A DNA stretch of 64,000 nt, from assembly GCF_037042905.1 (NCBI RefSeq), contig NC_087246.1, positions 16,554,001 through 16,618,000 of the forward strand, read 5' to 3'. Positions 1 through 13,758 of the stretch are shown here, in pieces. The translations under genes were made by a program, and so were the position numbers. The notes below the pieces were generated by a model. It ran no database searches, was not told the origin of the DNA, and worked only from the letters and a program-made list of their open reading frames with translations. Position 1 is the first letter of the stretch. Each line of letters starts with the position of its first letter. This stretch comes from Lytechinus pictus (lineage: Eukaryota).

Positions 1-148
1 TTTGATTTGCCTCCACTCATGTTGAGTTTCTCTCTGTCTCCCCATCTGTCTCCTTTCCTTTCTGTTTCCGCTTGCACTTATTTCCATCTGTCTCCTACAC
101 GTTTCACTCTCTTGCCAAACTTGTCTACCAACTTTTCATACCCTCCAG

Positions 149-218
149 GATGTATGTAGTGTTCAGGGATGCTGCACGACAGGATATAGGATGGAACAAT
201 ACTACCTTTGCATCATGA
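149..218 (+). CDS. MIF: MIF-family gene 0, last coding exon (upstream exons lie outside the window)
   Basis: Acceptor ccctccag at 141-148, then g|ATG TAT GTA... = (R)MYVVFRDAARQDIGWNNTTFAS*. This matches the MIF C-terminus (human [21 protein letters not shown]) and has the same exon phase as the two downstream paralogs. Confidence 0.9.
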
Positions 219-1925
219 AATAAAAATATCCTTTTTCATTTCATATTGACTTTTAGCATGATCTGTGATATAACTATGTCTCAAGATATTTTAATTCTTT
301 CCCGAATTGCATTTGACTATATGTCTGCCAAAGGAATAAAAAAAAAGTTCCCGAAAACTTTTACTAACTGTCACATAATAAGCTGTTGACATAATATTTC
401 ATGTTGAGATGACACCATCTTGTTTTGTAATTGCTCTGCATTGATCAAGATTGACTTATAAAAATTACTTCATAATGCTTACAAGGTATTTACATAATTA
501 TGGAAATCTTGGTTCATCCAGGTTAATAGACTCTTGCAAGACAAACATTTTATCAAGTCAATCGTATGTGAAATTTAAGTGGAGAAAGGGTTTTGCTTTT
601 GATCTAGGGAATCGTTGCATAAAATTGGCTGTAATAGTAACTTTGCTATTTATAGTAATTCCTCATGGAATACTGGCTTGTGATTGGCTGTTGAGCAACA
701 TGCCATGCTTAGCAGCGATCAAAATCTAGAATTCTATGAAGAGTTTTAGCAAAGTTACTATTATAGTAAGTTTTATGCAACAGGTCCCTGGGCGCTTATT
801 CAATTTCCTGACTCTGATATGCTGAAGAAGGATTCAGTACCAGATGAGATACTGCCCTCCAAATTTCAGTTGACTCAATTATTTGCAGTATGTTACTTAG
901 ACAAAATGTGCTGTGACAAGGATTGATTTGTGCACATAGAAATGCTATGATCTAGTGACTTGTCATTTGTGTACTGGACCCCAAAACACGAAACGCCTTT
1001 GGGATGGAATGGAAAAATGAAAGAAAACTCTTCATGGTTTATGACACAACGAAATTTAGACAAACCGTTTTGGAGCCTGCTTTTGTTACTTTATAATATC
1101 AGGTTTTTCCTTAAGTATCCTTTAGTATTATAAAAGACTGTCACACTTTTATGATGATGATATTGATGATATGATGATGAAGTTCATTATTTTGGTCATT
1201 TGTGTTCAGTGTGAATACATGCATGTAGGCCTATTTTTATTTGCATGCAATAACTAAAATGAAATTGAAAGTTTGATTCACAAATTTTTATTGCAGTTCT
1301 AAATAATTAAATATATTATGACAAGGAGTACAGTTTATGATAAGGAGGTTTATAGTTAGGATGGAGAAGAAACTAGTTTTGATGGACTACTGATTTAAAC
1401 TTGCCTGGGTAGTGTCTTCCCTCTTTTAAAAGTACTCTTTATTGTTGTTTCATCAAAGAAAAGAAATTGCTATTTTAGAATCATGTGTTTATTTATTTTT
1501 TAATCCATAATATTACTATGTCTACATGATATAATGAAATTCTGTGAAAAATGCAGATTGGACTTTCCAAATACATACACCAACAAAGTCTGGGTGCAGT
1601 CGTACAAAGTGTCAAAATATCAAATTCAAATAGAAGTTAATCTAAATTCCCATTGATGATTTGAGTTAAATCCTATTTTGAGTTTGATTCGAATTTATCA
1701 CATATGTTTGTAAGACAGGTGTGCTTTACATGTATATACATGTATTGATGACTTGCCTTTATTATGTTTCTCGTGAATACATCCAAAGAAGTTTGTTGCA
1801 AAATAATGTGGAAAATAATGTGTAATAAATGTATGAATTACAATTACATCTTGGCTTTTCACTTAATATGTTACGGACTCAATTCATATCTCTAGAATGT
1901 AAGATTGGTGTCCTTTGTGTGACCA

Positions 1926-1927
1926 TC

Positions 1928-1962
<35 letters not shown>

Positions 1963-2060
1963 AAGGATGATGATAAAGATGATAATGATGATGGCGGTAA
2001 TGATGCTGATGCTGATGGAGATGATGGTGAAAGTGATTATAATACTCATGATGATGGTGG
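1926..2060. repeat. (ATG/GAT)n microsatellite
   Basis: Pure then degenerate trinucleotide array; source of the poly-M/D/H/I ORFs. Confidence 0.95.
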
Positions 2061-2309
2061 GAATGGTCAGTGGCGGCGATTTCATGGCCGAGGGGGAGGG
2101 GGGGGCGGGTTGAACCATGTGAATTCCTTTTGTGGGAGTCGAACAAAGATGTTAAGCTTACAAGTCAAGAAGGGGGACGCTGGCGTAAAACCGTGATGTC
2201 ATACTATTCAAGTGGGGGGGGGGGGCGTAGACACAAAAGATACCCCCCCCTGAACAATAGGCTCACCGCTCGGGTTTACGCCAGTGAAGCGGGACGACCC
2301 CCTCCGAAA

Positions 2310-2730
2310 AATTAATGAAAAATGTTGATTTGAATAAATACAGAAAAATCAAACAAGCATAATGCTGAAAATTTCATCAAAATCGGATGAAACATAATAA
2401 AGTTGACATTTTAAGATTTCGCTTATTGAAAAAAAAAACGTGATATGCACAACTCAGTGACATGCAAATGAGGTAATCGATGATGTCCCTCACTCACTAT
2501 TTCTTTTGGACAATGAGGAGAAAATTAGAATATTTCATATAATGAAATACAAAAGAAATAATGAGTGGATGACGTCATCAGTCTCCTCATTTGCATACTG
2601 AACAGGATGTTCATATAACTATTTTGTGAAAATGTCACAACTTTCTTATTTTACATCAAATTTTAATGAAATGTCAGTGTTATGCTTGTTGGATTTTTCT
2701 ATTTTTATTCAAATCAACTTATTGTTGGAA
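2310..2730 (+). mobile_element. Partial copy of the TTAA-target MITE family (cf. 45835-46429)
   Basis: Shares aaatttcatcaaaatcggatg, gatgatgtccctcactcactatt and ctcctcatttgcata blocks with the complete copy. Confidence 0.75.
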
Positions 2731-2924
2731 ATAATGCAACACAATCAGATATTTTACAATATCCAATAAATTATCAAATAGAACAGATTTCAAGCTGATT
2801 ACAAATATGTGTAATTGTATATCCCAGTACACATGTGCGACCGTTTCCTTTTCTAGATTACAGTTCCAAAGAAAATAAAGATTAAATAGTGAACCCTTGC
2901 ATATTTCATTATAACACTAATAAG

Positions 2925-3065
2925 AGTAGTTAATAATGGTAGTATAGAAATAGTAGTAGTAGTAGTAATATAGTAGTAGTAGTAATAGTAGTAGTAGTAG
3001 CAATAGTAGTATAGTAGTAGTAGTAGTATAGTAGTAGTAGTAGTAGTAATAGTAGTATGGTAGAT
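2925..3065. repeat. (TAG)n microsatellite
   Basis: Direct reading. Confidence 0.95.
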
Positions 3066-4375
3066 GGTAATGATAATTATAAACGTTTATGTTACATTCG
3101 AATTAGTCTTATACTGACTAAAATTAAATTCTATTTGAATGTACTTATGTCTTTAATAAAAACTAAAACTAAGATATTATATGCAAAGAAAGAGAACTAT
3201 TGACATGATTGAACATAATTAATTGAAATTTCTTGGGTTTGAGGAAAATTTTACTACTGTTTTATTTCTTAGGATGCACCGATCAAATGTAGATGCCAGT
3301 AGGCTTTCAATAATTAAAAGTGACAAAGTAAATTCTTTATTTTTTCAAAAATAGTAGTGTGAGTTTATCGAGTAGTGGTTTTGAGTGACAACCCCTTCCT
3401 AAACAAAACCAAAAAATTATCATAATATCCAAGTGATTGTTTACTTAAATTTTGTGTTTATTTCTATTTATTGATGCATGGACCTATAGTAGGTCCATGA
3501 TAGATGTCACTTAATATTACTGTGAATGAGCTGTAAAAAAAAATATGAAATTTTACTTAAATTACAACGAATAGACCTACTTGAAAAGTAATTTAAACCA
3601 CTATTTAAAGTGAGCAACACAATATTCTAAAAATCTGGAGATTGTGGGAAGTTTTTTTTCATAAATTCTTGCCATTGATTTTCAATAAATTATTCCTCTC
3701 TGTCAGTCAGATGCAAGGATTTCCGTAGCTTGATTAATTTTAACAAATGAAGAAAATGTCTCAAAAAATTTCATGAAATCACTAGTTCAATGTACCGTCT
3801 CATCACCATTATCCTTTCTTCATGTTATAATGCAATGGTCACACTCTCTTGATCGCTTGTTTATAACTTTGCTTGTTCACGTTGGTTAAATATCTTTTAC
3901 ATCATAATATGCAGCGGTTTATAAGTGCGCTTTCACCATGCATTTTCGCAACAATTGAGTTGGTGACGTTTTACTCCAGTGCAATCGATGCCAAAAGTAA
4001 GTCTTCAGTCTTGAAGAATAGTCCAAAAGTCAACATTTATGTGAAAAGAAAAGACATTCAAATTGTTTGCAATGTCAAGCTTTGCACAATTAAGTGTCCC
4101 CCTTTCTTAAAGTTAGCTCGGGCTGTTACGCAATACGCATTATTGGCGCCCCTTCCCTATTCCATTTGCTGCTACCAGAAAGCAAACAACATTTTGTAGT
4201 TTGCGTGATACTTGAATAAATGCATGTTTTACACTAAAGTTAGATAATCAACTGGAAAGTGTCTAGTCATGGTTCTCGAGTGCATATGTGGATGTATGGA
4301 TGCAGTGATTGAGCTTCTATCTCATTTTTTCACAAGGAGAATTTGTTGCGAGTGAAAGCAGACGATAAGTCCACG

Positions 4376-4483
4376 ATGCCTATTCTCGAGATCTTCACCA
4401 ATGTTAAGGCAGAGGCAATTCCAGATGGTTTCTTAAAGAATCTCAATTCTGTCTGGCAGAAGGCAATCGGTAAACCAATGCAA
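4376..4483 (+). CDS. MIF: MIF-family gene 1, exon 1
   Basis: MPILEIFTNVKAEAIPDGFLKNLNSVWQKAIGKPMQ: 108 nt with N-terminal catalytic Pro, TNV and GKP motifs, followed by donor GTAAGT at 4484. Confidence 0.95.
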
Positions 4484-4643
4484 GTAAGTCATTATGGTAG
4501 GGAATGTCACTAATAAGAGCAATCCTGACTTTCTTACAAAAATTCTTCGAGAGACAAACTTGTTTACGCCCCCAATTTTCATTGTTTAAAATTGATATCC
4601 TACTTTTCAATCATATTCAGTCACTTTCCTGTTGGATAAGCCT

Positions 4644-5194
4644 CCCGGGGGGGCCACTTACATTGACGAGTGGATACCATGCGCGACCAAAAAAACACGT
4701 AAAAAGGATGTCTTTTTCACGATAGGGCACGTTACGTACGTAACGTGATAAGGGTGTCAAAAACACAAAAATAATGAAAAAAGGGTATCTATTTCGCTAG
4801 GACAATTACGTGTTTAGGGTCGAATTTGCGGGGATGATAAAACAAAATTAAAATGTTTTGTAAAGGATGTCCTTTTTGCCCCAACACTTCGTGTTTAGAG
4901 TCCAATTTGCGCGAGGTGTAGAAGGTGGGGTCGTACTAAACCAAACAAGGTAAAGCCGACGACCGAAGGACCCGTAACAATAAAACATTCCTGTACTTGT
5001 TTAGGGGTTCATTTCAGGGAATATTTGCCAACAGTATCGTTTTGTTTCCAATACTTGTTAAGGGTAGGGTTTCACACGCCAATACTTGTTAAGGGGTGCA
5101 TTTTCAGAATATGGAAATTACGTGTTTAGGGTGCTTGTCGAGACCCCATGGTCGCGCATGGTATCCACTCGTGAATGGAAGTGGCCCCCCCGGG
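4644..5194. mobile_element. Non-autonomous DNA transposon with CCCGGG termini, in MIF-1 intron 1
   Basis: About 45-bp TIR CCCGGGGGGGCCACTT...TGGATACCATGCGCGACCA; exact 8-bp TSD ATAAGCCT (4636-4643 and 5195-5202). Confidence 0.92.
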
Positions 5195-6820
5195 ATAAGC
5201 CTAGACTATAAAATTACTAAAAATCTTAATCACTCGGAGGATTACTGAGTAATACACTGCGTATATCTAAATAGTAATTATCATAATGTTTTTTTTTATA
5301 ATTATATTACTTTTTTGTTTTATTCATTTAGTTCTTGTCAGAAACGAAGAAAATAAATAGAAGATCATTACAGTCATTTCACTTCAAAACTGTAGAAGAA
5401 AATAGCAAACATACAAAATATGTATAATAGTCCACGTATATTGACAAATGAAACAATAAAGGATGACTTGTAAATAAAATAAAAAAATCCGGGTAATTTT
5501 TTTTTTTTCAAAATTGGAAATGCCCTTTTTCAAATGAAATACCCTTTTTGAAGTCAATACATTTTAGGATAGAAAATCACAATGTTTTTGGCTCGCGCTT
5601 TGCGCTCGCATCAATTATTGTTTGTAAGGTACTTATTCTGTTCCTGTTAACAAAAAAATGCTCAGAATGTTCACATCACAAATTTTCAGCTCGAGCTTCG
5701 CGCTCGCATTATTCGATTATTAAGATATGACTGTGTCCTATTCATGAGCCAGTAAATGCAGTTCTTAATAGGTTCCTTTTCTGGTGAGTATATTAAAAAT
5801 TTCTGCTCGCGCTTCGCCCTCGAGTTAATTCTTTTGTTAGATAAACATCAACAAAACCTACTCGGAATGTTTAATTTTCATGTCTTATTACATGTAATGT
5901 CCAAATTTGTTGAGCTCTCAACATCTCGTAAGGATGCCCTTTAACAGTTAGCGCCATAATTGACCAAAAAGCGAGTTTTACCACTTGAATTTTTTCAAAC
6001 CGCTCGTTCGCTACGCTCCCTCGCAGAAAAAATAAAGCTTGAATAAATATCAATCAGAAATCACTTCAAAAATGCTTTGTTCAACTTAATTATCACAAAA
6101 CACACAACTACTTCACGCATATAAGTGGCCCCCTGGGTTTTGCCCCCCCCCCAAACGAAAATTCGTTCCGCCGCCCCTGTTGTAAATGCATCATTGCCAA
6201 TCAGAAAATTATGATTTGCAACATTGGCGTAGTGACACTCATTGACTTTAGATCTATCAGTTTATGATTTAGCGTTCAAGATTATTTACTCTAGACATGT
6301 ATTGTAAAAAAAATCCTAAGACAATAAACTAAGCAGTTGGCAGGCTGATGATGTCACAATGTCAACCCCATGCGTGTATTTCAACAAATATTTCAGGTTT
6401 TTTACTCCAAGAACGTTAACAAATTTATTTGAAAGTTAAAAATTGATATCACCATGCAAGACTATGTTAATCTCAAATTGGCAGTTTAGCGAGTAGATTG
6501 TGAAGGGACCAACTCCACTATTATTTTATCTTCTTATGGTTGTGTTTGTCTTTTTTCAGGAGCGATAATCAATTTTAGTAATTCAATAATAGAATAGTAA
6601 TTCAATTAATGTCTTCATGAAGGAGAGAAATACCAACGATACCATTCTGAATGCAATATGTAATTAAATATGATATCGTTCTTACATTTTGCATGATTTT
6701 GTTCAACTTGAGCTGTGTTTTTTAAACTAATTTGAAAGCAACTTTACATGAGGGTTTGATCCTTTTAATGGGATATTTTACATTAACATTGCTTCATTAT
6801 GTATGTTTTACTCGTTATAG

Positions 6821-6990
6821 TACATGTGTGTCCGTCTGGCTCCCGGCGAGACGATGAACTTCGGTGGAACCGCAGAACCTTGCGCTCTCCTCAATGTGAG
6901 GTCAATAGGAAAATTGGGAAAGGAAGAAAACAATGCTATCTCAAAGGCTCTCACTGCAGAGATGGGCAAGCTCGGTGTGGCCCCTGATAG
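6821..6990 (+). CDS. MIF: MIF-family gene 1, exon 2
   Basis: Acceptor ttatag; YMCVRLAPGETMNFGGTAEPCALLNVRSIGKLGKEENNAISKALTAEMGKLGVAPD(R); FGG..EPCA and SIG motifs; 170 nt; donor GTGAG at 6991. Confidence 0.95.
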
Positions 6991-7200
6991 GTGAGATGAT
7001 AATACACCGCAGAAACAGTGGTGTTAGAAACGCAACACCGGTGTTACAGATGATTACAGACTAATTAGCATATATTACACCTTGTACAATTCACGGTGTT
7101 ATCTCAAGGAGGTTTGGACCATGTTCAACTTGTACTATACTCTAACGATGGACCTATTCTACTCTATAGGTCTATGCTCTAACAATTTTGCGGCATATAT

Positions 7201-7368
7201 CAGGGGCCGCGGAAGCGGGGGGGGGGGGGGGGGGGGCTGGGGAGACTTCAGCCCCCCCCCCCACTTTTTTCCAAAACCGTGTACAAAAACGTAATAATGA
7301 CCATAGGATTGTGATTTTTGCATGGTCAGCCCCCCCCCCCCACTTTGAAAACCGTTCCACGGCCCCTG
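7201..7368. mobile_element. Small G-tract MITE
   Basis: TIR CAGGGGCCGCGGAA...TTCCACGGCCCCTG; TSD not clear. Confidence 0.7.
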
Positions 7369-8726
7369 TATATACCCTCTTTTAATATAAATTTCAACAA
7401 TATTAATATTTGGTGTTATTTTTAAACATCATACGACGTGATTCTCTCTGAACACTGACTGGTGTTGTTCTTAACACACTATATTATGTTTTAATAATTT
7501 TTAATTGAAATCAATAAGATGGAATGCAGTAGTGTTTCCGCATGCGCAGGAGTATTACATCGGGGGGGGGGGGGGGCGTTTTCATGAAGTTATTCGTAAG
7601 ATCCGGACAACTTTAGACTACACATGAATGGAACTTGTAATGGGGGAGATAAATTCTTAACTTTTTTTATTCCCATTATCTAAAATTATATGACCTTTTA
7701 ATATTAAAATTCTCGGCAAATCCAAATTTGTTTATTTTCATTTCCAACAGAATAAAATGGTCTTGATTATAATGACATTTGCAAATGTTAACATACTTAC
7801 AAGCAATACACATCGAGATAGGTGTAATGTTTTTGTCCATAAGTAGAATAATAATAATAACAATAACAATAATAATCGGACATACGATTTCTGCAAAAAT
7901 TGAGGGATCCATTAAAAAGCACCTGTATGCAAAATTCATTATATGCCGAAATTTTTATTAGCGTAAGGGAAATTCGGTCCCACTTTGTTAAAACAGCAAA
8001 GAAATTTTGGGGCATCTCATTACAAGAAAAAAAAAACAGCTCACCGGTCTTTTACAAAGCTGTTTGAAAGTTGCCAACGACTTTATATTTTGGTCCTATA
8101 GGAGAAATACCCAAATTTGTGGGACTGAATTTCATGCATTAAGATTGTCACATATGGAATATAAAGTGATTGTAAAGTTTGCTATCAGATGCAAACATTA
8201 TAATGTTAAAATGCATGATAGGACTTAGAATCAAGTTATTGGTCCCCACAACGGGTGGCTAGTCTTACATAACTAACGAACAGTAAAGAAATATCCCCTT
8301 GCCCCCCCCCCCCCCGAATGGTGTTTCATTAAGCTGTTCGTAAATTTCTTAAAGGCCTACGTCTTTACCCACGACTGATCTCCCTTTTTTGTGTGCTACT
8401 CAGATTCCCATAAGCTAAAGTTGAAATTATAGCTGTATCATTTTGCAACTGAATGGAAATTAAAACATTTTTCAAGATCTTGTGAGTGCTATATATCGAG
8501 CCCCATCATGATATTACTGGGAAAATATGGGGGCATCTTATTTATCACAAGAAATATCACCAGATGTGCATTAAGTCTTTATGGAAGAGCACCAAATTTA
8601 TTTACAATAATATGTCTTAAATAAAACTCGATGAAAACTAAATGAAAGATATTCCAGTCCGATTCCAGCTCTAATATTTTATTTTCTTTATACATGGTTT
8701 ATTTTATAATTGGGTATTTTAGCAAT

Positions 8727-8998
8727 CACTTCGCAGACGCCTTCTCTAACGCAGAGAATCTTTTGCCAAAAGCCCTTCATAACAAAGCAGCCTTTGTCGA
8801 AATTCAGTGAATCAAAACAGCAGTGTCGTCCTGGACGGTGGACAAACGACATATTTGCCATTTTTTGTCCGGTCCGAATCTAAAGACGATGTACTTCCCC
8901 GGTCCACCAACTTTCGACAATGACCTCTAGTCTGTCCATTGTGACGTGACGGATATTTTCAATAGATTTTGAACGTTGCAGAAAGCGTCTGCGAAGTG
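8727..8998. mobile_element. MITE-like inverted-repeat element in MIF-1 intron 2
   Basis: CACTTCGCAGACGCCTTCT ... AGAAAGCGTCTGCGAAGTG terminal inverted repeat. Confidence 0.75.
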
Positions 8999-9099
8999 GA
9001 TTTGGGATCTCTCCATAAAATAATGTACTCAATCATTTTAAATACAACTTTTTCTTGAAATAATTGTTTTTACCACCTACCGCTTTATTCTCTTTGCAG

Positions 9100-9175
9100 G
9101 ATGTATGCCGTTTTTACAGATATATCCCCGCAAGATGTCGGTTTCAAAAACACTACGTTCGCATTTCTGGCTTGA
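9100..9175 (+). CDS. MIF: MIF-family gene 1, exon 3
   Basis: Acceptor tctttgcag; (R)MYAVFTDISPQDVGFKNTTFAFLA*. The spliced product is 117 aa. Confidence 0.95.
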
Positions 9176-11311
9176 TCTACTGACGAATGGCTGGTTTCTT
9201 CGGAGCAGCCCGGAGCTCGCCAACTTTCAATTTTAATGGATTCACAACGGAAGTCTCCCTTCAACTCAGTTTTCTATATATTAAGGGACAAATCTCAAAC
9301 GGGTTTTAAGAAGTTATTATTATGGTTGAGTCTAAATATGGCCTGGTTAGATGTTAAGCTTCTTCCTTAAGTAAAATATTTAGAGCGCATATTTAGGTTT
9401 ATAATACACCGATCACTCATACGCACGTCACTCGGTGCCTCTTCTTTTTTTTTTTTTTTTGGGGGGGGGCGGGGGCAGAAATGACGATTCGATTACGACA
9501 CAATACTTTCTTTACGATGTTTTCGTTCTTTAATGATTATCTTATCATTTAGCATCCAAAATCGGTCAGTATTATAAGTGTATATATATCTCTGTTTATT
9601 ATGGATAAGATATATAATTTTTTATAAATTTTTTGTTAGCTAATGCTCTTTGTTTCAAAATTTTCATGAAAAAACCTCAACTAACTCCTGTCTAATCGAT
9701 TGATCAAATACAGAGGAAATAAACTGTTTATATAAATGTTATTTTGTATGCCATTTATAAGGAAACGAGGTAAAATAAAAAAGATGTATAATGATAATTA
9801 TTGTCTTTCAATTTCATTCTAATCATAATGAGTGTAATATTAGTTCTAAGACTGTGATTGATGTGATTTAACAACGATTATGAATCGTGATGAATAATTT
9901 ATATTCAATATCCACTTTCAATTAATTAAAGTTGATTTTCATTCACTGTTTATTGATAAAATTGACAGTTTTATCATAAAAAATCTGCAAATTTGATACT
10001 GAACATGTTGAAAATTTGAAACGGCTAAATCCTCATGCTTTCAATATCATATTTTCATGATGTTGGTGTTTCGGATGAACAGGACTGATAAATTTCCTTG
10101 GAAGGACAAGAAAGAAAGAAATGAATGAAAATGAAAGAAACAAAGAAGGAAAGAAATAAGCAAAGAATGAAAGTGAGAATGAAGAAAAGAATTAAAGACA
10201 TAGATAGAGTAAGAAAGAAAGAATACATGGATAACATTAATTGGTAGAGGCAATGGGAGAGGGAAGTCGAGAGAGACAGAGGGGGGGGATGCGAAAAAGA
10301 GGTAAGAGGAAGATAGGGCGGCACCAGGATGTTTTTAATTGGGGGGCAAGGACAAAGGTGACGTCATGTTTTTATTCGTTGAATTATCAGTGGTAATATA
10401 AAGTTGCATGGCCTTTTTATTATACTCTTCGTCCTCTTTCCCTCCCTTTTCTCATGTTTTTCTTTTATTCACGTCTTGAAAAATGTGGTTGCCTCCCTGC
10501 CACATCCCCCCCTTGGCGCCGGTCCTGCATGGAGATAGGATGATTATGATGGTAACATCAGTCCCAAAAGAAGAAAAAATAAACAAGTAACAAAACATAT
10601 ACTGCCGGTGTGAAGTGTTTTATAATGGCCCAATAACGAACTCTTCTTTACAAACATGAACAGGATACGCGAACTGAACTATTCCTTTCTATTTCAACTT
10701 AAAAACGAGACATTTTATGCGCCATGTTACCCTTTTGAGTGAGATGTATGCGTCTCACCAAACGGACAATGCGAGCGCGAAGCGCTAGGTGAATTCTTAC
10801 ATTGATATAGTGCCTGAAAGGTCTGCACTCTGCTATTTTCCACGTTTACATCTTCTCTCATTTTATTAACTTTTCTTTATTTTTCTTCCTCTTCTTTTAT
10901 TTATCAATTCCTTTCTTTTCGTATTTTCTTATTTCCCCCTTTTCTCCCCCTTTCTGCACCGCAGATAGGGAGCCGTGATCCATTTGGCCGCATGGATCTG
11001 CCAATATTTTCCTGTTTCCCTTCCTGGTTAGATTTACTTACTTGTTTATTTGTTACAAGAGGAGACAAGGACTTTTATGCTTCTAGATTCACAATTTTGT
11101 GAAAGCAATTAACAATGGATTTTTTCATTTACACGATCTCTCTTTCGTCCTAATATTTTCTCCTCTTTTTCCTCTGCTTTTCTTGCTTTTTCTTTTAATT
11201 ATGTTTCCTTTCTTTCCTTTCTCCATTTCCCCCGCCATTTCCCTTGTTCCCTTCAACTCCTCTTTCGACTATCTGTATCTCTTAATTATTGAAAGGTGTT
11301 TCGACCCCGGG

Positions 11312-11451
11312 NNNNNNNNNNNNNNNNNNNNNNNNNNNNNNNNNNNNNNNNNNNNNNNNNNNNNNNNNNNNNNNNNNNNNNNNNNNNNNNNNNNNNNNNN
11401 NNNNNNNNNNNNNNNNNNNNNNNNNNNNNNNNNNNNNNNNNNNNNNNNNNN
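11312..11451. other. Assembly gap (other gaps at 16459-16636 and 41923-42081)
   Basis: Runs of N. Confidence 1.
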
Positions 11452-12300
11452 CTTCTTTTTTGTCAAGGGATGCAAGACTGCTCTTTTCCCCCTTTTATTT
11501 CCCCATTCCTATTTTTTCTATTCTTTCTGTCTTTTTCTGTTTTGGCTGGGGGGGGGGGGAGGGAGGGGCGGGCTTGCCCCCTTACCTGAGGATCCGCACC
11601 TACCGAATGCAATGTCCTTTCGCACCCGGACTTAATCCCTTTCTATTCTTCTTTTATGTCTAATACAGAGCGTAGAGACGAGGACGTTTCCAGTCCCGGA
11701 CTAACCCCCCCCCCCCCATTCGTTCTATTTCCCGTCTCTTTTTTGCTGAGCTTCCTCGTATTAATGATTGAAACTTAATTCAAAGGTATTTTACGCCCGA
11801 TTTTACCGATCCCTTCTAAACTTAATCTCGTCCTCGCGCTCATGTAAAAAGAAAAAAAAATCGGCACCCCTGGGCGGCGCCCACAGGGGACGGGGGGGGG
11901 GGGTGATTCTTGCCTGTCATCTGTCCCCAATTCACTTTAAAAAAATCTGGTGTCGCCATGCACAAGTCTGCAGGTACAGACCCTGATTGAAACTTTGATA
12001 GTGAGTCTCCACGCAAAGACTAGCACATATAAAACTAGCATAATGGACTGCACATTCAGACCCTAAACTCGAGTGAAGGGTTTGCACAGCAGATTATGTC
12101 GCCACCATTCATATTAATGATGAAATCGGGGGGAAAAATGCACTTCCCAAACCATCCGAAAATGTACACCAATACGCCCTAAGTGATTGTCATAGATAAT
12201 TTTTGCCACAAATTTAACACCTAGACTCCTCGGATCACGACTATTACCAATACATCTCTATTAAGAGTTCATTACGGAAAGTTAATTGATCTCATCAAAG

Positions 12301-12408
12301 ATGCCTATTCTTCAGATTCTCACTAACGTCACGGAGGATAATATTCCAAAGGACTACTTGACTGAGCTAACTTCTGTTCTTGCAGAAGCGACCAAAAAGG
12401 AAAAGAAG
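12301..12408 (+). CDS. MIF: MIF-family gene 2, exon 1
   Basis: MPILQILTNVTEDNIPKDYLTELTSVLAEATKKEKK: 108 nt, donor GTAAAC at 12409. Confidence 0.93.
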
Positions 12409-12582
12409 GTAAACGGGGCATAATTATAAACTCAATATCCATAAATCGTTTTATGTCAGCAAAATGATAACGGCTGAAGAATGACAAGTTCTGCTTTAGT
12501 GCCTGATTAACCATAATTATCATTATCACGACTGAACATCTTCTCTTCATAAGTTTAGACCCCATAAATAGACGCCCGAACC

Positions 12583-13758
12583 CAGTGGCGTAGCTAGGAT
12601 TTTTTTCCTGGGGGGCACCGGTGCGTCCTTGCTTTTTCAGGGGGGGGGGCACCATTTTTTCTATATGTGTGTATGTGTCACAAGGGTGGATCCGACTTTC
12701 GCCAATAGGGGATGGAGCCCGAAATTACCTTCACCTATATTTTCCCCTATCAGTCACTTCTTAGCTTTATTCTTATAAAATAACATAAATATGAAATAAT
12801 CTTGTAGCCCCTATATACAAAGTGCGAGCGCGAAGCGCGAGCGAATTTTTTTTTATTTTAAACTTTCATATATGTATTTCGTCCTGAAAATTTAATATTC
12901 TGGGCACTGTTTGTGATCCTGAACAAGATGCGTATGTAACTAGACAATTACTGAGAATGCCAAGCACGAGCAGAATTTTTTAATAAGTGTTCTAGCATGA
13001 TCGAAAAGGGACCTGTTAAGGACTGTTTACAGTTACCCACCAAGACGGTACATATTTCAATAATGGGAACGCGAAGCGCGAGCTAAAAATTGATGACATT
13101 CCGACCTAAAAATTGTCATTCTAAGCACTTTTTGTAATTATAAATGGGATAGGTATGTAACTAAACAATAATTGATGCGAGCGGAAGAAAAATTAGATTT
13201 TAGACCCAAAAGCGGGACACTCTAGTCATATTTTGTAAATCATGAATAGGATATGGTTAATTGGGTATCATTAATAATGCGAATCACGGGCTGAATTTTT
13301 TTAATGAAATGTAATGAAAAGGGGAGCTTGTTTGGTTATAGAATTGATGTGTAGAGTACTCACCAATCAAAATGCGAGCGCGCAGCGCTAACTTATAGTC
13401 CTATGTTTGACTATCACATCTGAAAATTGATATTTTGAGAACTTTATGGAATACACGAAGACAATAGGGACTTGGCAAATCAAGTAATGCGACCACGCAG
13501 CGTGAGCTTAAAATGTTAATATGTAGACCATCAAGCGGACATTTTATAGAGCGTTTGTAAATGAAAAAAAGTATGATAAAAGCTCAATGTCCGAGCTGAA
13601 ATATGTTTTGTATATTTACTTCAAAACAAGACGTGAATCTCATCGAACAGGCAATTCTTTTTTTTGCTCCGCCAATTTTTTTCAGGGGGGCACACCAAAT
13701 CTCAGGGGGGGGGCACGTGCCCCCCAGGCCCCCCAGGCCCCCCGTAGCTACGCCACTG
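12583..13758. mobile_element. hAT-like non-autonomous element in MIF-2 intron 1
   Basis: TIR CAGTGGCGTAGCTA; 8-bp TSD CCCGAACC (12575-12582 and 13759-13766). Confidence 0.9.

Noticed and set aside
1829-2196. Poly-Met/Asp/His/Ile ORFs
   Set aside because: These are translations of an (ATG)n microsatellite in several frames.
3640-3730. NF-kB-like sites upstream of MIF-1
   Set aside because: Matches are too degenerate and are not shared with MIF-2.
6799-6987. ORF-track peptides over MIF exon 2 (also 16103-16285)
   Set aside because: Wrong frames; the true frame is defined by splice phase and MIF homology.
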